Origin: Elusimicrobiota bacterium
GTDB taxonomy: Bacteria > CAYTYR01 > UBA6262
Direction: 5' to 3'
Assembly: GCA_016218565.1 (NCBI GenBank)
Contig: JACRDM010000071.1
Span: forward strand, 1-49,211
Length of the DNA stretch: 49,211 nucleotides
Positions 35,473-42,918 of this stretch are shown here, in pieces (positions within the stretch are counted from its first letter, which is position 1; every line of letters starts with the position of its first letter). Under the pieces are notes generated by a model. That model was not told the origin of the DNA, did not search any database, and worked only from the letters and a program-made list of their open reading frames with translations. The position numbers and the translations under genes are program-made.

Positions 35473-35605
35473 AGAGTTTTGGGACTTTGTAGGTGGAAAA
35501 GGGGCCTACACTGATTTGTTGGATTGTTTTGAAAAAGCGGGTATCGAATTAAGACCGGAAATAGATCAGTATTTTGAAAGATATAAAAAGTAAAATAGGT
35601 GGTTT

Positions 35606-35926
35606 ATGAAAAGGTTTGATGTGAAGTTGAAGAATGGGACAGCAGAGGGGTATGAGATCCAATTTCCCAATGCCAGTTTAGTTTTTGTGTTGGCTAAGCA
35701 GGGTTATGTGATGTGCGGCTATCTGAATATGGCTACCGCGGATAAAATGGGTGACGTAGCGGCGTTAGTACGCGGGGTAACTACTGTTAATGAACTTTTA
35801 AAAGCTAAAGTACAAGAAGTCTCGGTTATAGCCAAACAACTCGGGGTCGAGCTTGGGATGACCGGAGAATCAGCGCTGGAAAAAATGATACCAGGAGGTG
35901 GTTATGAAAAAGAAGGATTTGTTTAG
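35606..35926 (+). CDS. DUF1805 (YunC-like) protein
   Basis: 106 aa. VFVLAKQGYVMCGYLNMATADKMGDVAALVRGVTTVNELL...LGMTGESALEKM matches my recollection of the YunC family pattern. Confidence 0.65.
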   Translation: MKRFDVKLKNGTAEGYEIQFPNASLVFVLAKQGYVMCGYLNMATADKMGDVAALVRGVTTVNELLKAKVQEVSVIAKQLGVELGMTGESALEKMIPGGGYEKEGFV

Positions 35927-36107
35927 TCTCTTCAAGATCGCTATTGGGAAAGAACAATTGGCCCAAAAGTTTTATGAGCGAATGATCAAGGAAACACCCG
36001 ACCCGAAGATGAAGAAAATACTTGAGAAGTTCCTGAATCAGGAAAGATATCATGAAGAAATTTTGACGGATATGTACGCAGAACTGAAAGAAACAGCAGA
36101 GGATTAA
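35904..36107 (+). CDS. Small ferritin/rubrerythrin-like helical protein
   Basis: 67 aa. AIGKEQLAQKFYERM...KKILEKFLNQERYHEEIL resembles half of a rubrerythrin-type four-helix bundle (ExxH). SD AGGAGG. Confidence 0.45.
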   Translation: MKKKDLFSLFKIAIGKEQLAQKFYERMIKETPDPKMKKILEKFLNQERYHEEILTDMYAELKETAED

Positions 36108-36125
36108 TACCAAGGAGTTTTAATT

Positions 36126-37544
36126 TTGACAACTTTAGTAAAGTCCCTAGAAGTAAAAGAAAAAGTGAACCTGAAAATAAAGAACCTTATCCTCGGTGGC
36201 GAGGCCTTAGCCCGTTACCGGGGGTTTACTATTTTCCTGCCGTATGGCTGCCCGGGCGATGAGGTAGAGGCAGAGATCACGGAAGTAAAAAAAGATTACG
36301 CCCGAGCCAGAATAACCAAGATCATAACGCCTTCCAGCAATCGCATTTATCCGCCCTGCCCCTACTTTTATCGCTTGGAAGAGCAGGTAGAAGATAAGCT
36401 TTTCTGCGGCGGCTGTGATTGGCAGCATATTAATTATGAAACGCAGCTTAAATTAAAGACGGCCATGGTCCAGGACGCTCTGAGCTATATTGCCCGCTTT
36501 AAGAATCCTAAGGTGCTGGGTATTATTCCCGCAGATAGTCTTTTTAATTACCGCAACAAAACGCAGTTAAAAGTAGGTTTACGGGAAAAAGAAGAAGGCG
36601 GGAAAAAGATCGTCTGTGGCTTCTATGCTAAGAATACTCATCGTATTATTGATGTAGAAAAATGCCAAATCCAGACTGAAACAGCTAATGCCATATTGGC
36701 GCTGACGCGCCACCTGCTTAGTGAATATGAATTACCTGGTTATGATGAAGAAACGCATCGCGGTTTAGTGCGCCATATCATCTTGCGCGCCGGAGTGAAT
36801 ACCGGCCAGTACATGTTGATTTTTGTCACCAAGGAGAAGGACTTCCCCAATAAGGCGGAGATCGCGTCTAAAATTATGGAACGTTTCCCGCAGGTGGTCA
36901 GCGTTATCCAGAATATAAATAAAGCCAAGACTAATGTGATCCTGGGAGAAGACACCCTGGTTATGGCCGGCAAAATAAAGATACAGGAGAAGATCAAGAA
37001 CCTTTCCTTTGATATATCCCCGGTTTCTTTTTTTCAGACTAATACCAGGCAGGCCGAGAAATTATATGATACGATCTTGGAATTCGCTGAACTTACTGGT
37101 AATGAGTTGGTTTTCGATGTATATAGCGGGGCCGGGGCGATCGCTTTATCTATAGCTTCGCGGGCGCAAAAAGTGGTGGGTATTGAGTCGGGACAAAGCG
37201 CGGTGAAAGACGCTATGGCGAATACCGACTGGAACAAGATAGATAATGTGGAATTCCGTATAGGCGAAGCCGAGTTGGTATTATCCCGGTTATATAAACA
37301 ACAAGTAAAGCCGGAGGTCATTATTGTTGATCCACCGCGCAAAGGCCTGTCCCCAAAAGTAATAGAGGCGATCATTAACCTGGTACCCAAAAGAATTATC
37401 TATGTTTCCTGCGAGCCATCGACCATGGCGCGCGATCTGCAGATCCTGCATAAAAAGCATTATAAATTAGAAGTAGCGCAGCCAGTGGATATGTTTCCGC
37501 AGACGGCCCATATTGAATGCGTGGCGAAAATAACCAAAAGTTGA
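36126..37544 (+). CDS. RumA/RlmD-family 23S rRNA (uracil-C5)-methyltransferase (TRAM + Fe-S + SAM MTase)
   Basis: 472 aa. TRAM-like N-terminus, a Cys cluster including CGGCDWQH, and SAM-fold motifs DVYSGAGAI, DPPRKG and YVSCEPSTMARD. Confidence 0.85.
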   Translation: MTTLVKSLEVKEKVNLKIKNLILGGEALARYRGFTIFLPYGCPGDEVEAEITEVKKDYARARITKIITPSSNRIYPPCPYFYRLEEQVEDKLFCGGCDWQHINYETQLKLKTAMVQDALSYIARFKNPKVLGIIPADSLFNYRNKTQLKVGLREKEEGGKKIVCGFYAKNTHRIIDVEKCQIQTETANAILALTRHLLSEYELPGYDEETHRGLVRHIILRAGVNTGQYMLIFVTKEKDFPNKAEIASKIMERFPQVVSVIQNINKAKTNVILGEDTLVMAGKIKIQEKIKNLSFDISPVSFFQTNTRQAEKLYDTILEFAELTGNELVFDVYSGAGAIALSIASRAQKVVGIESGQSAVKDAMANTDWNKIDNVEFRIGEAELVLSRLYKQQVKPEVIIVDPPRKGLSPKVIEAIINLVPKRIIYVSCEPSTMARDLQILHKKHYKLEVAQPVDMFPQTAHIECVAKITKS

Positions 37545-37631
37545 TACGTTGATACGTAAAAGCTTTTCGATTTACTTTCCTTATAATCTTATCATCATAT
37601 CATCGCCTTATTAACAGGAGGCTATACTGAA

Positions 37632-39020
37632 ATGAGCCAGCGCATTACTATTGATTATACTAATTGTATGGATACGGTTATCAAGCGTGACGGTATCAGC
37701 AAAAACAAGCTGAAATCCCAGCAAGCCGCGTTGCGTCAGGCTCAGCAAGAGATCAGTCGCAAGAAAAAAGCCGGGCAGCTTGGGTTTATGGAATTGCCTT
37801 ACAAAAAAGAGGAAGCGGTAAAAATAAAAAAACTGGTAGCTGAGCTAAAAAGTAAATTTGACAATTTCGTCGTGCTGGGTATTGGCGGTTCGGCTCTGGG
37901 CAATATCTGTTTGCAAAATTCTCTAAACCATCTCTATTATAACTTCCTGCCCAAAGATAAGCGCCGCGGCTTTCCGCGGATTTTTGTGCTGGACAACGTG
38001 GACGCAGACATGGTCAAGGGTTTAATGGAGGTCATTGATGTAAAAAAGACCATCTTTAATGTGATCACCAAAAGCGGCGCTACCAGTGAGACTATAGCCC
38101 AGTATTTTATCTTCCGCCGGGAATTGGAAAAACAGTTAGGTAAAAAGTACAACCAGAATATCATTGCTACTACTGATGCGGAGAAAGGGTATCTACGGGA
38201 ATTGGCGAATAAGGAAAGCTATGCTAGTCTTGTGGTGCCAAAGAATGTCGGTGGCCGATTTTCGGTTTTGTCCCCAGTGGGATTATTAAGCGCCGCGTTT
38301 GGCGGAATTGATATTGAGAAATTGTTGGCCGGAGCGCGGGATATGGATGAGCGGTGTTCAATCAGCATTATGAGCCATAATCCGGCGATGATGTATGCAG
38401 TTATCCAGTATTTGATGTACCAGGAAGGTAAGATTATTTCCGTAATGATGCCGTATGCCCAGCATTTAAAAGAAGTGGCTGACTGGTATGCGCAATTATG
38501 GGCAGAATCATTGGGTAAGGCCGTTAATAATCAAGGGAAACAGATCAATGTAGGTCCGACCCCGGTAAAAACCCTGGGCGCTACTGATCAGCATTCACAG
38601 GCGCAATTATATATGGAAGGTCCGTTTGATAAAGTGGTAACTATATTATCAGTGGGGAAGTTGGCAGCGTCCTTAACGATTCCTGCGTATGATGATCATT
38701 TCCTGGGTGGCCAGACCATGAATAAATTGCTGCAGACTGAAGAAAAAGCTACGGCTATGGCTCTGGCGCAAAAGGATCGACCCAATTTAACTATTACTTT
38801 GCCTGAAATCAATGAGTTTACCATGGGCCAGTTAATTCACCTTTTTGAATTAGCTACCGCCTATATGGGCGAATTGCTGGAAATCAATACTTTTGACCAG
38901 CCAGGCGTGGAATTGGGCAAGATCTTGACGTATGCGCTGATGGGGCGCCAGGGCTTTGAGGATAAAAAGAAAGAAATCGAAGCTAATTTGAAGAAAATGA
39001 AAAGCCACTACAAAGTATAA
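37632..39020 (+). CDS. pgi: Glucose-6-phosphate isomerase (short bacterial type)
   Basis: 462 aa. GIGGSALG, ITKSGATSET and GGRFSVLSPVGLL. Confidence 0.9.
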   Translation: MSQRITIDYTNCMDTVIKRDGISKNKLKSQQAALRQAQQEISRKKKAGQLGFMELPYKKEEAVKIKKLVAELKSKFDNFVVLGIGGSALGNICLQNSLNHLYYNFLPKDKRRGFPRIFVLDNVDADMVKGLMEVIDVKKTIFNVITKSGATSETIAQYFIFRRELEKQLGKKYNQNIIATTDAEKGYLRELANKESYASLVVPKNVGGRFSVLSPVGLLSAAFGGIDIEKLLAGARDMDERCSISIMSHNPAMMYAVIQYLMYQEGKIISVMMPYAQHLKEVADWYAQLWAESLGKAVNNQGKQINVGPTPVKTLGATDQHSQAQLYMEGPFDKVVTILSVGKLAASLTIPAYDDHFLGGQTMNKLLQTEEKATAMALAQKDRPNLTITLPEINEFTMGQLIHLFELATAYMGELLEINTFDQPGVELGKILTYALMGRQGFEDKKKEIEANLKKMKSHYKV

Positions 39021-39275
39021 GATTATTTGAAAAATTTGCTTGAATAGGGTATATTTATTTTTATAGCTGTATGTGAAACCATAAAAAACGAAGTCGTATA
39101 TAGGTTAGGCGCTAAAGCAGGTTTATGATAGAATCAAAAGAGAAGCAAGTGGCTGAAAGTTTATCGTAGTGGCAGGTAAAATTTGGATAATCGGTAATTG
39201 AGAAAATTGTCGATAAAATATTTTCGCTGGAGACTGAGAGGAGAGATAGCCTCTTTTTTGTTAATACGATTACAC

Positions 39276-39305
39276 AGATTATTGAAACAGATTACACGGA
39301 TTAAG
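39276..39305 (+). promoter_or_regulatory. AGATTA-rich 30-nt block directly upstream of the LTD-protein gene
   Basis: agattattgaaacagattacacggattaag is 25/30 identical to 7806-7835. Preceded by gattacacagatt (39268-39280). Overlaps the SD AAGGAGG (39303-39309). Confidence 0.4.
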
Positions 39306-39316
39306 GAGGAGCCTTT

Positions 39317-42300
39317 GTGTTTAAAATAATAGGGCTAGTATTATTATTGCTGACTGCGAACTGCCAGCTGCGATCTGCTTTTGCTGTTTCCCCGGGAGAT
39401 GTCGTTATTAATGAGATCATGTGGATGGGAAATACGGCTTACAGCAATGACGAGTGGATAGAATTGCGTAATATGACTAAGACAGATATTAATATCGACG
39501 GGTGGGATATTACCAAATGGAATAGCGCGGATAAAGAAGAGTTAATGCTGACTGTTCCTGCTGGGAAAATTATTCCCGCGGAAGGCTATTTTCTCATTGC
39601 GCATTATAGTAGCAGTAACAGTAGTTCAACGCTTAATATTGAACCTGATTTCGTGAAACCTTCTATAACTCTATCAAATAGTAATTTACAGATTAAACTC
39701 TATGGCGGGAAATGGGATAATGGCGCTATACTTGTTGATATTGCTGGAGACAGTGGTGTGCCTTTGGCCGGTGATAATAGTAAGAAATATTCTATGGAAA
39801 GAATTGATCCTCCAGGTGATGGAACTAATTTCGCTTCTTGGCAGACAGCAATGACCGCTATAAATTGGGATGCCACAGCTACCGAAAAAGGAACTCCGAA
39901 AGCAGCCAATAGTAAAGATATTATTCCCCCAGGTTCTGTCCCTGATTTATCTGCAAGTACCGGCCTAAATACCGGTGAAATAGATTTGACCTGGACCGCG
40001 CCGGCAGAAGACAATTCTGAGGGAGGGACAGTTGCTTCGTATGATCTGCGGTACGCTACTATGGCTTTCAGTGAGATTGCCTGGAATCAACCTTGGGTAT
40101 ATCAATTTTCTCTTAATGGTATAATACCGAAAAAACCTGGTGAAAAGGAAACATTGACAATTTCAGGATTAGACGCTGGAGCAACATATTATTTCGCTAT
40201 CAAGTCACAAGATGAAGTTTCTCAAGTTTCCCCTATAGACGTACAATCCGCCCAGAGTAATCAAGCTTGCGCTAGAGCTCAGGTAAAATTTACGGCGCGT
40301 ATTACTGAAGTGAGTTTTGCTTCTGCCGTAGACTGGGTAGAATTGTATAACTATGGAGATACCGCATTAGATATCTCGCATTTTATGCTTACTGATTTAG
40401 ACGGCACTACGGATACAGCTTTTGCTGAATTACCGGTAACGCTGCCTCCCGGCAAATATGCTGTAGTATATTGGGATGAAGCGGGTATAGATGAAACTAA
40501 TGTCGCCGGTGATCTTAACGGTAACGGGGTCATAGATTTGTATGTAAGTGACACCAGCCTGTCGGCTACTGATGACCAGATAGTCTTAATGAGCGCGGCC
40601 AGCGGCGGGCAATTTGTTGACACTATTTGCTGGGCCAATCAGAGTGGAGGATTTTCACCGGGGGAAGAAAATGATCTGCTTTTGCTGTCAGGCCAGGGAA
40701 TGTGGAAATTGGGCGGCGCTGGTCCGAGTGAAGCAGATTGTGTCAATAGTAAGGATATAACAGTGGACCAGTCCTTTGGGCGCCTGACCGCGACAGCGGT
40801 TGATAATAATGACAGCAGTGACTGGAAATTATTCAAACTGCCGACGCCGGGAAAAGATAATCCGGAACTGGTTCCGCCAAAAGTTACTTTATTATTTGAC
40901 CCGCCTCCCCCATTCACCACGGGACGGATCAAGGTATCTCTAAATATCGAAGCCGGCAATTTGATCGGCAAAGAGCCGCAAATATCATATTTTTGGGGAC
41001 TGGAACCGGCGCAACCACTGTCGCTAATCGGAGCCGATAAAGCCTGGGTAGGAGAATTGACCATCCCCGCCCACTCGGAAGAAAGAAATATTATATTCCA
41101 ATATACAGTGGAAGATATAGCTCAAAATATCACTGTCGGAGAGGTAACGGCTCTAGGTCTGGCGCAAGAATTGCCGTCTGAACAGCCGGCGGGAGATGAT
41201 AAAGATCCCGGCAATCCGGCGGTAGAGTACAAAATTCGAATTACGGAAGTAGCTTTTGCAGCTTCCATCGATTGGGTAGAGCTGTACAACTACGGCGAGA
41301 CGGCGGTTGATATAGCTGATTTTATGCTTACTGACCTGGATGGGATAGATACCAAGATCGCTGACCAGAAAACGACGTTGGCTCCGGGCAAATATGCGAT
41401 AGTCTACTGGGATGATGCAGGTATAGATGAAACTGATGCTGCCGGAGATTTTAATAATAACGGTTTTATAGATTTGTATGTAAGTGACACCAGCCTGTCG
41501 GCTACTGATGACCAGATAGTCTTAATGAGCGCGGCCAGCGGCGGGCAATTTGTTGATGCGGCCTGCTGGAGCACGGGCCTAGGTGAATTCAGCAGTGGCG
41601 AAGATAAAGATATAAGATTGTTAGCAGATAACAAGCAATGGATTATTGCCGGGGGTACGGTTACTAAAAGCGATTGTTGGAGCGATACTAATAAAATAAC
41701 CAGTGAGCAAGCTATCGGGCGGCTTAACCCGACTGCGCCTGACACTGATTCCAAAAACGACTGGCATTTATTTAAATTACCCACTCCCGGGCAAGACAAT
41801 CCCAGCTTGCTCCCGCCAATCATTACCTTGCTCTTTGACCCGGAGCCGCCTTTTAAAGCCGGCCAGATAAAAATCAGCCTGCACATTGGAACTTTGAATT
41901 CTATAACCGCGGCACCAGAAATAAGCTTTAATGAAGGAGTTGGGGATTTCCAAAACATTACGTTGAGCGGAGCGGATAAGACCTGGCAGGGTGTTTTTGA
42001 GATTTCTCAGAACGAGGCAGAAAGGAATGTTTCCTTTAAATATAAAGTCAGCGACCAGGCTAAAAACAGCACTGAACAGGAAATAATGTACCTGGGACTG
42101 GCCTATGTGCCGCCTGAATATGGAGAGCGGATGTATTGTTTCCCTAATCCCTGGGCTATGAATTCAGGGCAAAACCTTAAGTTCTCCAATCTAGGGGTTG
42201 ATGAAAGCACGATAAAGATCTTTACTTTGCATGGTGAGTTGGTTAAAATGCTCACTGGACAGGGCGACGCTTATTGGGATGGTACCAATGAAAATGGAGA

Positions 42301-42382
42301 AAAAGTAGCTGCTGGCATATATGTTTATTGCTTGGGAAACGCCCAATGTGTGAAGAAAGGTAAAATCGCCATACTAAAGTAG
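39317..42382 (+). CDS. Secreted multidomain surface protein: signal peptide, lamin-tail domain (LTD), FN3-like domain, two 312-aa tandem repeats each starting with an LTD-like module, and a C-terminal T9SS/FlgD-Ig-like sorting-type domain
   Basis: 1021 aa. Signal MFKIIGLVLLLLTANCQLRSAFA. LTD pattern VVINEIMWMGN...DEWIELRNMT...IDGWDI. FN3-like DLTWTAPAEDNS...ASYDLRYA. The repeats start RITEV(S/A)FA...DWVELYNYG(D/E)TA. C-terminus YCFPNPW...IKIFTLHGELV...WDGTNENGEKVAAGIYVY...GKIAILK. GTG start. Confidence 0.75.
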   Translation: MFKIIGLVLLLLTANCQLRSAFAVSPGDVVINEIMWMGNTAYSNDEWIELRNMTKTDINIDGWDITKWNSADKEELMLTVPAGKIIPAEGYFLIAHYSSSNSSSTLNIEPDFVKPSITLSNSNLQIKLYGGKWDNGAILVDIAGDSGVPLAGDNSKKYSMERIDPPGDGTNFASWQTAMTAINWDATATEKGTPKAANSKDIIPPGSVPDLSASTGLNTGEIDLTWTAPAEDNSEGGTVASYDLRYATMAFSEIAWNQPWVYQFSLNGIIPKKPGEKETLTISGLDAGATYYFAIKSQDEVSQVSPIDVQSAQSNQACARAQVKFTARITEVSFASAVDWVELYNYGDTALDISHFMLTDLDGTTDTAFAELPVTLPPGKYAVVYWDEAGIDETNVAGDLNGNGVIDLYVSDTSLSATDDQIVLMSAASGGQFVDTICWANQSGGFSPGEENDLLLLSGQGMWKLGGAGPSEADCVNSKDITVDQSFGRLTATAVDNNDSSDWKLFKLPTPGKDNPELVPPKVTLLFDPPPPFTTGRIKVSLNIEAGNLIGKEPQISYFWGLEPAQPLSLIGADKAWVGELTIPAHSEERNIIFQYTVEDIAQNITVGEVTALGLAQELPSEQPAGDDKDPGNPAVEYKIRITEVAFAASIDWVELYNYGETAVDIADFMLTDLDGIDTKIADQKTTLAPGKYAIVYWDDAGIDETDAAGDFNNNGFIDLYVSDTSLSATDDQIVLMSAASGGQFVDAACWSTGLGEFSSGEDKDIRLLADNKQWIIAGGTVTKSDCWSDTNKITSEQAIGRLNPTAPDTDSKNDWHLFKLPTPGQDNPSLLPPIITLLFDPEPPFKAGQIKISLHIGTLNSITAAPEISFNEGVGDFQNITLSGADKTWQGVFEISQNEAERNVSFKYKVSDQAKNSTEQEIMYLGLAYVPPEYGERMYCFPNPWAMNSGQNLKFSNLGVDESTIKIFTLHGELVKMLTGQGDAYWDGTNENGEKVAAGIYVYCLGNAQCVKKGKIAILK
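40298..42100 (+). repeat. Intragenic tandem duplication (period ~936-939 nt) inside the LTD-protein gene
   Basis: Unit 1 spans ~40298-41236 and unit 2 ~41237-42100. Overall they are diverged, but an 89-nt block is identical (40532-40620 = 41468-41556). Confidence 0.85.
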
Positions 42383-42391
42383 TAAAAAAGC

Positions 42392-42420
42392 TTGATTGAG
42401 GGAATATTTTTTGCTATACT
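42392..42420 (+). promoter_or_regulatory. Sigma-70 type promoter candidate for the PilZ gene
   Basis: TTGATT (42392-42397), 17 nt, TATACT (42415-42420). ATG 42455 lies ~35 nt downstream. Confidence 0.5.
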
Positions 42421-42454
42421 TAACCTATCCAAATTATCACTAAAGGGATCAGTT

Positions 42455-42757
42455 ATGAAAAATGACCAGCGGTCTTACGGTCGGATACCTTCATTAAAAC
42501 ACATTTCGGGAACTCTTTACTCTGAGCCTAAGCCAGACGAGCTGATTATAATACAAATAAAGGATCTTAGCCCGGGCGGGGTCCTCTGTGAAAGTAAAAC
42601 CGCAGTTCCGGTCGGGATTATTGTACATCTGGAGATTAAATTCCCAGCTACGGTCAATGATGAACCGTGCCGGGTAACCGGTAAAATAGTGCGGTGCAAT
42701 AAAAACGACCGGAGTAATAGATTTGAAGTGGCAGTAGCGTATATAAGAAAAAAATAG
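42455..42757 (+). CDS. PilZ-domain c-di-GMP receptor
   Basis: Start set at ATG 42455. RxxxR = RSYGR (42470-42484). DxSxxG = DLSPGG (42563-42580). 100 aa. Confidence 0.75.
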   Translation: MKNDQRSYGRIPSLKHISGTLYSEPKPDELIIIQIKDLSPGGVLCESKTAVPVGIIVHLEIKFPATVNDEPCRVTGKIVRCNKNDRSNRFEVAVAYIRKK

Positions 42758-42761
42758 AAGT

Positions 42762-42918
42762 AAGGCACAAAGGCACAAAGTTTTGAAGCAAAAGCAGGCA
42801 AAAAGCGAAACAATTTTTCTAATCTTTTACTCTGTGCCTAACTTTGAACTTCTTGCTTGTTGTTAACTTTGTGCCTTTGTGCCTTGTATTGGTACCTATT
42901 TTGAGGAGGTCTAACAGG
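42762..42918. repeat. Family A element, full palindromic copy ending in the SD + GTG of the nucleotidyltransferase gene
   Basis: GGCACAAAG at 42764 and 42772. CTCTGTGCC at 42830. CTTTGTGCC at 42867 and 42875. The copy ends ctattttgaggaggtctaacaggGTG. Confidence 0.85.

Noticed and set aside
37546-37587. Tandem ttgatacg x2 and a TATAAT box between the methyltransferase gene and pgi, as a promoter
   Set aside because: No acceptable -35 hexamer lies 16-18 nt upstream of the TATAAT (37582-37587). The tandem octamer overlaps the stop codon and may be fortuitous.
39021-39316. c-di-GMP riboswitch (GEMM) upstream of the LTD-protein gene, considered because of the c-di-GMP theme of the window
   Set aside because: I could not find the conserved GEMM-I/II core sequences or a matching helix arrangement. 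Only a vague gctaaagc resemblance exists.
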